DNA of 64,000 bases from the human T2T-CHM13v2.0 reference genome, Homo sapiens. The first letter of the stretch is position 1. Every line of letters begins with the position of its first letter. The stretch is from the NCBI RefSeq assembly GCF_009914755.1, contig NC_060932.1, one strand, 5' to 3'. The notes below the pieces were generated by a model, which had not been told where the DNA came from, made no database searches, and was given only the letters and a program-made list of their open reading frames with translations. Shown here in pieces: positions 1 to 13,811 of the stretch. The translations under genes were made by a program, and so were the position numbers.

Positions 1-872
1 ACAAATTTACAAGAAGAAAACAAACAACCCCATCAAAAAGTAGGCAAAGGATATGAACAGACACTTCTCAAAAGAAGACATTTATGCAGCTGACAGACAC
101 ATGAAAAAATGCTCATCATCACTGGCCATCAAAGAAATGCAAATCAAAACCACAATGAGATACCATCTCACACCAGTTAGAATGGTGATCATTAAAAAGT
201 CAGGAAACAACAGATGCTGGAGAGGATGTGGAGAAATAGGAACACTTTTACACAGTTGGTGGGACTGTAAACTAGTTCAACCATTGTGGAAGACAGTGTC
301 GCAATTCCTCGAGGATCTAGAATTAGAAATACCATTTGACCCAGCCATCCCATTACTGGGTATATACCCAAAGGATTATAAAACATGCTGCTATAAAGAC
401 ACATGCACACGTATGTTTATTGTGGCACTATTCACAATAGCAAAGACTTGGAACCAACCCAAATGTCCAACAATGATAGACTGGATTAAGAAAATTTGGC
501 ACATACACACCATAGAATACTATCCAGCCATGAAAAAGGATGAGTTCATGTCCTTTGTATGGACTTGGATGAAGCTGGAAACCATCATCCTTAGCAAACT
601 ATCACAAGGACAAACAACCAAATATCACATGTTCTCACTCATAGGTGGGAATTGAACAATGAGAACACATGGACACAGGAAGGGGAACATCACACACCAG
701 GGTCTGTTGTGCGTTGGGGGGAGGGGGGAGGGATAGCATTAGGGGATATACCTAATGTAAATGACGAGTTAATGTGTGCAGCACAACAACATGGCACATG
801 TATACGTATGTAACCAACCTGCACGTTGTGCACATGTACTCTATAACTTAAAGTACAAAAAAAAAAAAAAAA
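1..872 (+). mobile_element. L1PA (L1PA5-like) 3' end: ORF2 C-terminus, 3'UTR, poly(A); continues beyond the left window edge
   Basis: ORF 53..655 is the ORF2p C-terminal domain ending MFSLIGGN. It is followed by a G-rich 3'UTR and an A-tail at 857-872. GAAGACAGTGT and AAAAAGGATGAG variants suggest L1PA5. Confidence 0.93.
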
Positions 873-1062
873 GCCCTGCACAACAAAGGAAACAATCAAC
901 AAAATGAAGATGGAACCTACAGTCATAAAAGAAATGAGATTCCATTATTTGCAACAACATGGATGAAAATGGAATTCGTTAGGTAAAATCAGTCAGGAAC
1001 AGAAAGACAAACTTCACATATTCTCACTTATTTGTGGGAGCTAAAAATTAAAACAAGCTCAT
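873..1062 (+). mobile_element. Old L1MA-like relic (ORF2 3' end, internally deleted)
   Basis: CTGCACAACAAAGGAAACAATCAAC is joined to TCATAAAAGAAATGAGATT...TTCTCACTTATTTGTGGGAGCTAAAAATTAAAACAA, matching L1MA-type 3' sequence. Confidence 0.75.
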
Positions 1063-3772
1063 TTTTTGAGGAAGATGATGGTGTATAGGAGACAGGGTTA
1101 ATGTTCAATTTCCATCTGGATGGACAGAACAGTGTGTGGAGGCTCACACTATGAACATTTGCTCCAAGAACCACCACAAGAATGCACGAGGAAAACTGAA
1201 GGAATTCACAGACCCTTTGAAAGAAGTGTCATGCTGTTGCAAATTCCATGAGACAGGAGAAAAACTGAATTCCCAAAGTGCGAGTGGGGAAAACCTGCCT
1301 CAGAACATGCATCCTTACTGGGGAATCTGAAAATCCAGATCACAGGAGAAGGATTTAACCTTACCCAGAGCTGAAATGAATTTAGGGAGCTGCGCAAAAT
1401 ATGAAAGTGGAAGCAGCAGCAGGAAAAGCCTTGTAGGCATTCTAGGTCCCCAGCTCAAGCCCAGGGAAGCCATCCCTGACTATATTCCACTGGGGCCCTT
1501 GGAGAAGGCAGCCACCAAAATTAAAGAGGGGTCACAGGGTGAAAGAAGCTTCCAATTGAAATTTGGGATAATTTCGACTGGGCATGAATTTTCTTAAGCA
1601 GAATCCAGAAGCAAATAGGAACTGCTGGAGACATGAGTGCAAGAGTCCACTGCCAATATTGTGGGCAGATGGGGAGGGAGAGGCCTAAAAGCTGTGCTTG
1701 CTTTCTTAGCAGGGAAGCTTACTGTCTGGGGGAAGGTCTGAGCGGGGCACTGTGGAGCAAGGCTTCTTGCCAACCATGTAGGAACTGGGTAAGGCCTTTC
1801 ATTAGTAACTATCCCCCAATTCCCTGGCAAACTATGACACTGCAGAGGCAGCCATAATCCCCTATGGAACTTAACTGTATTGGTCTGAGAGCCACCCCCT
1901 CCTACCTCCACAGTGGCAATAGCAAGCCCCACCCAAGGAGAGTCTGAGCCCAGATCTGCCTAAATCTGCTCCCACCTGATAGTATTTCTCTACCCACCCT
2001 GGTACCTGAACACAAAACAAATAAACTCTTCAGGGTCTTATGACCCATCACTTGAGAAACCAGAATACTCAACCTGGCCAACTTAGGGCAAGCTTAAGCT
2101 TAGATAGATCCCCCTACTACTACGGCAGCTGGTGCTCTCTTGAAAGAGTCACCTCCTTGCTGGAGGCCAACCAACTTAGGCCATTACAGCAACTCATGAC
2201 AGAATAACCCTGCTCCCAGGAAGGAGAAAACAACAGCTAATTCTACTGCCTGCAACATCCTGGTTAACCAGAGGTCCTGAGCCTGTCTGTGTGACAACTT
2301 CACTGCTAGCATAGCCAACATTCAAGGAAGCCAGTGGACTAAACATATCTACAACCAAGGACTCTCACAGAGTCTATTTCACTCCACTGCCACCTCCACC
2401 AGAGCAGGTGCTGGTATCCATGGCTGGGACACCTGAAGACAGATCATATCAGAGGACTATTTTCAGACATTCCCCAGCACCAGCCCAGAGCCTGGTAGTC
2501 CTGCTGAATGGCTAGACCCAGAAGAGAAATAATAATCACTGAAGTCTGGCTCTCCGGAAGACCCATCCCTAGGGGAAGGGGAAGGGTACCACATCAAGGG
2601 ATCATCCCATGGGACAAAAGAATCTAAAGAGCAGGCCTTGAGTTCCAGGCCTTTCCACTTAAATAGTCTACCCAAATGAGAAGGAACTAGAAAAGTACTC
2701 CAGTAATATGACAAAACAGGGATTTGTAAGACCCCCTAAAAGATAAAGATTACATTAGCTCCCCAGTAATGGATCCAAACCAAGGAGAAATCTCTGAATT
2801 GTCAGATAAAGAATTCAGAAGGTTGATTATTAAGCTACTCAAGGAGATACCAGAGAAAAATGAAAATCAACTTAAACAAATTTTTTAAAATGCAGAATAT
2901 GGTTGAAAAATTCTGCAGAGAAATAGATATAAAGAAAACAACAATCAGAACTTCAGGAAATAAAAGACACACTTAGAGAAATACAAAATGCACTGAAAAG
3001 TTTCAACAATAGACTTACAACAAGTAGAACTTCAGAGCTTAAAGACAAGGCCTTCACATTAATCCAGTCAGACAAAGACAAAGTAAAAAGGGTTTTAAAA
3101 AATGAACAAACCCTCCAAGAAACTTGGGATTATGTTAAATGGTCAAACATAAGAATAATTGGTGTTCCTGAGGAGAAATCTAACAGTTTGGAAAGCTTAT
3201 TTGAGGGAATAATTGAGGAAAACTTCCCTTGCCTTGCTAGAGATCTAGACATCCAAGTACAAGACTCTCAAAGAACATTGCGGAAATTCATCACATAAAG
3301 ATAATCACTTAGGCACATAAATCATCAGGTTATCTTAAGTCAAGATGAAGGAAAGAATCATAAGAGATGTGAGACAAAAGCATCAGGTAACCTATAAAGG
3401 AAAACCTATCAGATTAACAGCAGGTTTCTCAGCAGGAATCTTACAAGCCAGCCAAGAATTTTGTATTCGTCAATCTAAGTTTCATAAATGAAGGAGAGAT
3501 AAAGTCTTTTTTAGATGAACAAATGCTGAGAGAATTCACCAATACCAAGCCAGCAATACAAGAAATGCCAGAAGAATTTCTAAATCTTGAAATAAAACCT
3601 TGAAATATACCGAAATAGAACCTCCTTAAAGCATAAACCTTACAGGACCTATGAAACAATAACACAGTGAAAAAAACAAGGCATTGAATCACAACTAGCA
3701 TGATGAATAGAACGGTACTTTACATTTCAATACTAATGTTGAATGTAAATGGCCTAAAGGCTCCACCCAAAA

Positions 3773-3992
3773 CAAGCTCGTCTAACTTGCAGCCTGCAGG
3801 CTGCATGCAGCTCAGGATAGCTTTGAATACAGCCCAACACAAATCCATAAACTTTCTTAAAACATTATGACTTTTTTTGTGATTTTTTTCTTTTTTTAGC
3901 TCATCAGCTATTGTTAGTGTATTTTATGTGTGGCCCAAGACAATTCTTCTTCTTCCAACATGACCCAGGGAAGTCAAAGATTAGACACCCTG
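3773..3992 (-). mobile_element. MER30 (hAT-Charlie MITE) inserted in the L1PB ORF2 5' region
   Basis: Termini CAAGCTCGTCTAA...TTAGACACCCTG. Degenerate 8-bp TSD ACCCAAAA/AATTAAAA. L1 sequence resumes after it. Confidence 0.88.
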
Positions 3993-5084
3993 AATTAAAA
4001 GATACAGACTGGCAGAATGAATAAAAATCCACTGGGCAAATATTTGCCTTCCTCAAGAGACTCACCTAATACATAAAGATTCACATAAACTTAAGGTAAA
4101 GAGATTGAAAAAGATATTTCACACAAATGAAAACTAACAGCAAGTAGAAGCAGCTATTCGTAAATCAGACAAATCAGACTTTAAAGAAACAGTTAAAAAA
4201 AAAGACAGAGGGACATTATGTAATGATACAGGGATTGGTCCAACAGGAAAATATCACAATCCTAAATATTTATGCACCTAACACTGGAGCTTCCAAATTC
4301 GTAAGACGAATATTCCCAGACCTAAGAAATGAGATAGAGGGCAATGCAATAACAGTAGGGTACTTTAATACTCCACTAGCAGCACTAGACAGGCCATCAA
4401 GACAAAGTTAACAAAGAAATAACGGACATAAACTATACCCTGGAACAAATGGACTTAGCAGATATTTACAGAACATTCTACCTAACAGCTGCAGAATATA
4501 CATTCTTTTCATCAGCACATGAAACATTCTCCAAGATAGACCATATGAAAGGTCATAAAACAAGTCTTGATAAATTTAAGAAAATCAAAATTATATCAAG
4601 TATCTTCTTAGACCACAAATGGAATAAAACTGGAAATTAACTCCAAAAGGAACCCTCAAAACTATACAGATACATGGAAATCAATCTGCTGTTGAATAAT
4701 CTTTGGGTTGACAATAAAATTAAGATGGAAATTTAAAAATTCTTTGAACTGAGTGATAATAGTGACACAACTTATCAAAATCTCTGGGATACAGCAAAAG
4801 CGGTACTAAGAGGAAATTTCATAGCATTAAATGCCTACATCAGAAAGCCTGAAAGAGTACAAATAGACAATTTAAGGTCACCCCTCAAGGAACTAGAGAA
4901 ACAAGAACAAACCAATCCCAAACACAGCAGAATAAAAGAAATAACAAAGATCAGAGCAGAACTAAATGAAATTGAAACGAAAACAATACAAACAATATAT
5001 GAAACAAAAAGATGCATTTTTTTAAAAGATAAACAAAATTGATAGACCATTAGTGAGATTAACAGAGAAAAGAAGAGAGAAGAC

Positions 5085-5409
5085 AGTCTGTAGTGTTCTT
5101 TTAGTGTTAAGTCCTTTCCTGGTTTTGGTATTAGGGTAATACTGGCTTCATAGAACGATTTAGGGAGGATTCCCTCTTTCTCTATCTTTTGGAATACTTT
5201 CAGTAATATTGTGGCAATTCTTCTTTGAATACCTGGTAGAATTCAGCTGTGAATCCATTTGGTCCTGGCCTTTTTTTGTTGTTGGCGAATTTTTTATTAC
5301 TGTTTCAATCGCACTACTTTTTATTGGACTGTTCAGAGTTTGTTGAGGATTTTTGCATCTATGTACATCAGGAATATGAGTCTGTTGTTTTCTTTTCTTG
5401 TTATGTTCT
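5085..5409 (-). mobile_element. Inverted L1 ORF2 segments inside the L1PB
   Basis: The sequence switches from A-rich to T-rich. The reverse complement matches ORF2 (CCAGGACCAAATGGATTCACAGCTGAATTCTACCAG; CATAGATGCAAAAATCCTCAACA). Confidence 0.9.
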
Positions 5410-7398
5410 TCAGCATATCAAAAAGATAATACACCATAATCAAGTGAGTTTCATACCAGGGAGGCAGGGATGGTTAAATATATGCAAGTCAGTAAATATA
5501 ATACAAGACATAAGCAGAATTAAAAACAAAGATCATATGATCATCTCAATAGATGCAGAAAAAGCATTTGACAAAATCCAGCATCACATTGTTATTAACA
5601 GCCTCAGCAAATTGGCATAGAAGGGACATACCTCAAGGTAATAAAAGCCATCTATGACAAACCCACAGCCAACGTTATACTGAATGGGGAAAACTTGAAA
5701 GCATTCTCCCTGAGAACTGGAACAAAACAAGGCTGCAACTTTTACCACTTATATTCAACATAGTACTGGAAGTTCTATCCAGAGCAATCATGAAAAGAGA
5801 AGAAATAAAGGGTATTCCAGATCAGTAAAGAGGAAGTCAACCCGTAGTTGTTTGCTGATGATATGATTATATACCTAGAAAACCTAAAGACTCATCCAAA
5901 AAGCTCCTAGATGGGATAAATACATTCAGTAAGGTTTCAGGATACAAAATCAATGTGCACAAATCAGTAGCACTGCTATACATCAACAACAACCAAGCAG
6001 AGAATCAAGTCAAGAGCTTAAGCCTTTTTATAACAGATGCAAAGATAAAATAAAATACTTAACAATATACCTAACCAAAGAAGTGAAAGAGCTCTGCAAG
6101 GAAATTTAAAATTTCCCATACTCATTGATGGGTGGAAACAATACTGTGAAAATGATTATACTGCCAATAGCTACCTATAGATTCAATGCAATTTCCATCA
6201 AAATGCCATCATCATTCTACAAAGAACTAGAAAAAATAATTCTAAAATTCATATGGAACCAAAAATGACCCCATATAGCCAAAGCAAGTCTAAGCAAAAA
6301 GAACACATCAGGAGGCATCACATTACCCAACTTCAAACTGTACTACAAGGCTGAAGTTACCAAAACAGCATGATACTGGTATAAAAATAGACACATAGAC
6401 CACTGGAACAGAATAGCAAACCCTGAAATAAAGCCAAATACTTACAACCAACTGATCTTAGACAAAGCAAACAAAAATATAAAGTGAGGAAAGTACCTCC
6501 TATACAATAAATGGTGCTGGGATAATTGGCAAGCCACATGTAGAAGAATGAAACTAGATTTTCATCTCTCACCTTATACAAAAATCAATTCAGGATGGGT
6601 CAAAGACTTAAATCTAAAACCTGAAACCATAAAAATTCTGAAAGACATCAGAAAAACTCTTCCAGACATTGGCTTAGGCAAAAAGCCCATGAACCAAGAA
6701 CCTAAAAGCAAATGCAATGAAAGCAAAAATAAATAGATGGGACCTAATTAAATTATAAAGCTTCTGCACAGCAAAAGAAATAATCAGTAGGGTAAACAGG
6801 CAACCCACAGAGTGGGATAAAATATTTGCAAACTATGCATCCAACAAATGACTAATATCCAGAATCTTCAAGAAACTCAAGCAAATCACCAAGAAAAAAA
6901 CAAATATTCCCATCAAAAAGTGGGCAAAGGACATGAACAGACATTTCTCAAAAGAAGATATACAAATGTCCAACAAACATATTAAAAAAAAAAAGCTCAA
7001 TATCACGAATTATCAGGGAAATGCAAGTTAAAACCTCAACGAGATACCACCTTACTTTTGCAAGAATGGTCATAATTAATAAATAAAAAATAAAAAATGT
7101 TGGCATAGATATGGTGAAGAGGGAACACTTTTACACTGTTGGTGGGAATGTAAACTAGTACAATCACTATGGAAAACAGTGTGGAGATTCCTTAAAGCAC
7201 TAAAAGTAGAACTACCATTTGTTCTAGCAATCCCACTGCTGGATATCTACCCAGAGGAAAAGAAGTCATTATGTGAAAAAGACACTGGCACATGCACCTC
7301 CACGTTTATAGAGGCACAATTTGCAACTGCAAAAATATAGAACCAGCCTAAATGCCCATCACCAATGAGTGGACAAAGAAAATATGATATATATCACA

Positions 7399-7441
7399 TG
7401 TATGTGTGTGTGTGTTTGTGTGTGTGTTATATACACACACC
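7399..7441. repeat. (TG)n/(CA)n microsatellite within the L1PB 3' region
   Basis: TGTATGTGTGTGTGTGTTTGTGTGTGTG...TACACACAC. Confidence 0.85.
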
Positions 7442-8265
7442 ATGGAATACTACTCAGCCATAAAAAGGAATAAAATAATGGCATTTGCAGCAACCTGGAT
7501 GGAATAGGAGACCATTATTCTAAGTGAAATAACTCAGGAATGGAAAACCAAATATCATATGTTCTCACTTATAAGTGGGAGCTAGATATATATTAATATA
7601 AAAATATCTAAAATGCCCTTAGCACAGTGCATGGTATATAGAAGATGCTTAATAATTGTGTACAGAAGAAATGCCTAGATGTGTCTATTAGTCCCTAATG
7701 TCCACTGATTCTCATTTATCCTGAGTGTGTAGATGCTTACATTGAGAAAAGGACATTCATAAAGAGCTTCTTTAAAGTTGCAATCTACCTTTTCTCCAAT
7801 AAGACACTTCTCTTGGTCTGAAGCGAAGGCTGGGTAGGGGGACCCACTGGAAACTAATGCAGTTGCTGAAGCAGCAAATTAACCTACTATACAAGGAGAG
7901 GGGCCTCAGGGCTCGAAGCAGGGACTTAATAAGGTGAAATGTGATTAATAGATTGGGACTCAAGAACAAGAGCCTTCTTAATGCAAAGAAATGTCCTGAA
8001 TGTAAGCTCAGAGTGAAATGGCCCAAAAGCTGCCAGTGATCTGAAGCACAGAGAGGAAAGAGGCTTTGGCTGGACCAGTGTAGAGCTCAGTCTTCCCAGG
8101 TCAATGGCCCTGCATGAGCAGAGCTGTGCTGCCAGAGCCAGAAGGGGCTTTCTGAAACTCCCTGATCAACTTCTGTTTAACAGGTATGAAAATGAAGACC
8201 TAAAGGAAGAGACTTACCCATTGGTGTGTAGGTATGTGGAATCAGAATTGTTTCCAGAGTACATA

Positions 8266-8691
8266 ATTTGATCCTTGAACCATGCAGAGTTTAGGGGTGC
8301 TGACACCCTGCACAGTCAAAAATTCACATATAAATTTAACTCACCAGAAACTTAACTACTGATAGCCTACTGTTGATTGGTAGTCCTATCAATAACTTAT
8401 ACAGTTGATTAACATGTTTGGTGTGTTATATGCATTATTTACTGTAGTCTTACAAGAAAGTAAGCTAGAAAAAAAGAAAATGTTATTAAGAAAATCATAA
8501 GGAAAAGACAATATATTTACTATTCATTAAGTGCAATTAGATCATAAAGTTCTCTATCCTCATCTTCACATTAAGGAGGCTGGGGAAGAGAAGGTGTTGG
8601 TCTTGTTGTCTCAGGAGTGGCAGAGGCAGAAGAAAAGCTGTGCATGAGTGTAACCCTACAGTTCAAACTTCTGTTGTTCAAAGGTCAACTG
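8266..8691. mobile_element. Tigger2a/MER28-like TcMar DNA transposon
   Basis: Inverted termini TTGATCCTTGAAC...GTTCAAAGGTCAACTG. Internal CAGTCAAAAATTCACATATAA and ACTTAACTACTGATAGCCTACTGTTGA. Confidence 0.8.
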
Positions 8692-9249
8692 TGTTTGCTT
8701 GTTTAGTACAAATGAAAATCAAACCACTTCAGAACTAGATGCATAGGCTCTGAAAATAAGCTCAATTTATCATGGGAGACCTGTTCTTTTCACTTTTCTC
8801 TGCTGTGAACTGAATTGTGGCTCCCTTTGAAGAATGAGGGCAAGAGCTCCTGGTGCTAAATAAGAAAATAAACTATTGATATCGTGTCTGAGGGGATTTT
8901 AACCAGCCTTTCCAGAATTGTTGCAGTGACATTTTGCCCATCAAAGGTCATGTATCCTGGTGCTCAAGACCCGTTGGCCTGAGCTAACTTGAAGGTGACA
9001 CAAGCTGAAGTTGTGGTTTTTAGAATGTCAGTCTACTCCAAATATAAGACTGCATTGTTCTTTGTGGTCATAGGTGTCATCTGGCTGTTTGTCGCTGTAA
9101 TTAAAACCTAATTCTTGTATTTTGTTATAAACATCACACATTTATGTATAGACTTCAATGTACACACTCAGCTGCTCATGCACTTTATCACATCTAATGG
9201 GTACTATATATGGCTGAAGCCCTACTCAGCTCTTGCCAGACACCTGTTT

Positions 9250-9348
9250 ATTTTAGAAAATGGTAGCCTTGGTATGGTTACAAAAATGCTTTGTTACATC
9301 TTGAGGACAGTAATTGCATCCTTTCCCTAAATTTCATTAAGAGGATTA
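9250..9348 (+). repeat. 99-bp direct repeat, copy 1
   Basis: Matches 10103-10201 at 95 of 99 positions without gaps. Confidence 0.95.
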
Positions 9349-10102
9349 AATGAAATTACTTAAGATTACTTGCTCTAGAAACATTATTAAAATTGTTAAA
9401 ATACAGTCCATATCATAATTTTTAAAAATATTTCTCAAATTCTCTTATGTATATTAGCAGGAAGTTGTGTGTCTCCTCAAATTCCTGATCATTCTTTCAT
9501 CTTGTCTTTAATCCTGTGGTATTTGCTCAGTTGACCAGACAGCTCATTTCGACTTCAATGGCACATGGAAGGGAATACAAAGCCTGTTCAGTTTCCATCC
9601 TTTTCCATCCTTCACTGTATGGGTTCCTGCGGCCAAGTGGTATCAACATTGTAGACTGTCCATGGACACTCTAATATGCCTTGGTCTTCACTGCTGTCAT
9701 CTGGATTCTTGCCAGCATTTTAAGGGAGCTCAGCTGTGGTTCCCCAAAATACAAAACAACTACTGAGAAGGCTGGGTAGGAGGGTAGTTTCTTGTATCAG
9801 CCACTGGTTCTGCTGGAACTCTCTTTCATGTTTTTTTGCCTCTAAGTTGACCACGGATCATCAGTGAAGCTTTTTGAGGTTAATTTTATTCCAGAAGCCT
9901 GGCTGTTTAGTAGATCCTGTATCTTTATTAGAACCTCTCTTGACCTCTCTTATAGACACCTCCTTCCCCTTTACACTTTGTAAACTCAAAATCTAAGAGA
10001 GAAAAATAAGGATTGTCATTTATTTCCTTTCTGAAAACAGCTCTGATTTCCCAGGCTAAATTGATCTACTTCCTGGCCAGTGTCCAGCTTTGTATAACAT
10101 AG

Positions 10103-10201
10103 ATTTTAGAAAACGGTAGCCTTGATATGGTTACAAAAATGCTGTGTTACATCTTGAGGACAGTAATTGCATCCTTTTCCTAAATTTCATTAAGAGGATT
10201 A
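10103..10201 (+). repeat. 99-bp direct repeat, copy 2
   Basis: Matches 9250-9348 at 95 of 99 positions; offset 853 bp. Confidence 0.95.
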
Positions 10202-11076
10202 TCCAAGTGATCTTTTGTAGGATTAAGAACTTCGGGTTTTTTTTTTTAAATATAAAGCTGGATATTGTTGCAATAGATGATAGCATAAGGCGCCATGGTA
10301 AACTAAAAATACCCATGGATTAAGAATCAGGAGATGTTTAAGGAGGGTTGACATAGGTGATCCCTAGGGTGTCAGCAGGGGAAGAAAATCAAAACACCCA
10401 TTGTTTACTAAGTGCTTGTTATGTATTCAACACCTGTTATATGCAGTTATAAACTTTAAGCAACCTGAAGATAGGTGACATCTATTTTATTTACTTTTTA
10501 TGTCAGTGCTCATCACAGTACCTGACACAGTTTAGAAGTTCAACAACAACTTCTAGAATAATTTTCAGGATAAGTGAATGAACAAGAGGAGGTAATATTT
10601 TTAATTTATTTTTTAAAGTGGGAAATTAGGCTTAAAGACGTTAGGTAACTTGCTCAAATTTACACAACTGTTGTGTAGAAAAGCTTAGGATTTAATAATG
10701 AATGATCTCTTTGATTCTACAATATATTATCTTCCCTATGCCATGGGCTTTTATTCAACAGATAGATAATTATTTAGATATCTTTTAGTTTAGGGGAAGT
10801 TCGGTAGAATTGAAATGCAATGTAGGGAGCCACATTAATCTTAGTTATGTATTAAGTAGGTAACCCAAGCAGCTGTTTGGAGAACTAAAACGCAGCAAGC
10901 GTGAAAACAGATTCCATTTGGTAGGCTACAGCAGCTGTCTAGGCAGTATGTAATAATGGATAGGACTACAGTGACTACATTGGACATGGAGGAAAATAAC
11001 CAGGTTTGAGATGTGTTATGAGATGAATTGAGGTGACTTGCTGATGGGCAAGAAAGAAAGAGAAGAATTAAGGAAA

Positions 11077-11431
<355 letters not shown>

Positions 11432-12462
11432 TTAAATACTGAATGGATGGTAATACCATTCCCTAAGTTATAAAAGTCTATGGGAGGCATAATTTTGCAG
11501 TATGGGGAACCAAGAGTTTTCTTTTGAACATATATTCTTTGATATGTATGTTAGGTAAGCAGGTAGCTATGTGAAGTAGGCTTCTGGATACATGATCCTG
11601 GACTTCTGGAAAGGGATGAGTGTGGGAGACATGTACATGGGAGTCTCTGGCTTGCATAGAGTACTTAAAGCCCTGGGCCCCTAACTGTAAAGGTCTCTTC
11701 AGCAAAGTAGCTCAGGGTAGCCAGAAAACCACAGCATACTTGGCAGGAACACTCATTATGTCCTCACAGTGGCTTGAGTTGCTGGTTGCTCCCTAGGTTT
11801 GGCAGAAAGGTTGAAAGCAAAAACAGTCTTCACTGAGAATTCCCTGTAGCACAATATCAGATTTAAAAACTAGCAGGGTACACTCTGCTGTAGACATAGA
11901 CTAAGCACAGACTCAACCACTACAAGTCCTAAAGAAATTAAAATGAGCTTTTGGATTTGTCAAAACACATTAACAATATCAAACGTTTAGATATGAGCAA
12001 GTAGGATCTGATGACTATTTTCTCCTATCCTAGAAAAGAAAACACACATCAACAGGCCACACCCTGGAGATTTGATGCACTGAAGCTTTCAGAAGTCTTG
12101 CATGCTGTTTCCACTGGAGAACTGATTGTGTCACATTGCCATGATTCATCCAGTGTCTGCCTTCCCTTATACTCTGGGCAGAGATGAACCCTTCTTTGCC
12201 ATCTCTCCAGCCGCATAAAGTCACTGAAGCATTATATTGGCTCAGTCATTGTGGGTTGATGAATCCAGTGAGCACTTGAGAAGGTCCATTTTCAAAATAT
12301 CTCACAGGACAACTTGATGGAAAATAAAAATAATTCTTTTGTGAAATTTCATTTCTATAAGCAGCAATGAGTCTTCATATTTGTTGAGTACTTATTTTCC
12401 TGTCACCAACATTTGCTGCAATTCCCTTTCTATAAGATCAAAGGACCATATATATATAATAA

Positions 12463-12762
<300 letters not shown>

Positions 12763-13597
12763 TGATCATACTGTTTAATTTTTTAAAGCCTAATTGTATA
12801 AAGCCCTGCTTTCATTCTAGCCACTTGGATCAAGTCAACTACTATTTGTGACTAAATCCAGTGATGCTTTTTGACTTCCATTTTACTGCCTGATACAGTT
12901 TGGCTATGTCCAAAGGGGGCAATAGCAGAAAAAAAGAAGCAAACACTTCTAAGACTTCAAATTGTGAAGCATTACGTTTGATCCTGCAACCTACATTAGC
13001 TCATGATATTACTACAAGAAATCCCTAGGGTAAGTATTTTTATTCCCATTTTGCAGATAATGCCCAGAAAACTTTACTTTTTTGTCTCAGGTCATGTAGT
13101 TTGCCGGAATTTGAAGGGCTGCCACGTGAAAAGGTAATAAACTTGTGGTGTTTTGTTCCAGAGGAAACTCCTAAAACAAATGAGTTCAAATTTCAGGTAG
13201 GAAGCTTAGGTATGATATCAGAGAGCAATATCTAACAATTAGAGCTATATTACAATGGTTTGGGGTTTTCAGAGAAATCAGGCAATAAGGTTAAAAAACC
13301 ATTTATCAGAATTGCTGAAACTTCCTTCTGGGGTGGAAGAAGGAATTAACCTCTGAATCCAGCTACAATATCTCAATAGTCATACACCAGTTTCTTTACA
13401 TATTTACTATATGTAAGACAACTTGAGAGAAACTTTCCACAAATTACCTTATTTAAACCTGCTGAAAACTCCACAAGGTAGATTATTTTCATTTTACATA
13501 TGGGAAAACTAAGGCATAGGTAGGCAAGAACAATTTTCCAAAGCCACGCAGCTATTATGTGTTGGAGCCAGAATTTTAACTGAGTTTGCCTTACAAG

Positions 13598-13811
13598 AAG
13601 AGTTTCTCAGCTTCAACACTATTAAAGTTTCGGTTCAGATAACTCTCTATTGTGGCGACTGTCTAGTGTATTGTTGGATATTTAGCAGTATCCCTGACTT
13701 TTACTCACTAGATGCCAGTAGTGCCCCTTCCCCAGCTTGTGACAACCAAAAATACTCTAGACATTGCCCAATGTCCCTTAGGGGTAAAATGGTCCCAGTT
13801 CAGAACCACTG
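13598..13811. mobile_element. MER20 (hAT-Charlie)
   Basis: GTTTCTCAGCTTCAACACTATT...CACTAGATGCCAGTAG...GTGACAACCAAAAAT...AGAACCACTG. Confidence 0.85.

Larger units (their letters stand above)
1068..7584 (+). mobile_element. Near full-length degenerate L1PB (L1PBa-type 5'UTR); 3'UTR and poly(A) missing
   Basis: Starts with an L1PBa-like 5' end (GGAAGATG...GGACAGAACAGTGTGTGGAGGCTCAC). ORF1 remnants at about 2700-3640. ORF2 peptide remnants at 4223, 4449 and 6548. Ends at GGGAGCTA after the L1PB-type AACTCAGGAATGGAAAACCAAA. Confidence 0.88.

Noticed and set aside
9530-9766. Open frame of about 78 codons after a possible acceptor in the duplication spacer
   Set aside because: The peptide (VDQTAHFDFNGTWKG...) is unrecognisable, Cys/His/Trp-rich like random translation, and ends in a stop before any donor.
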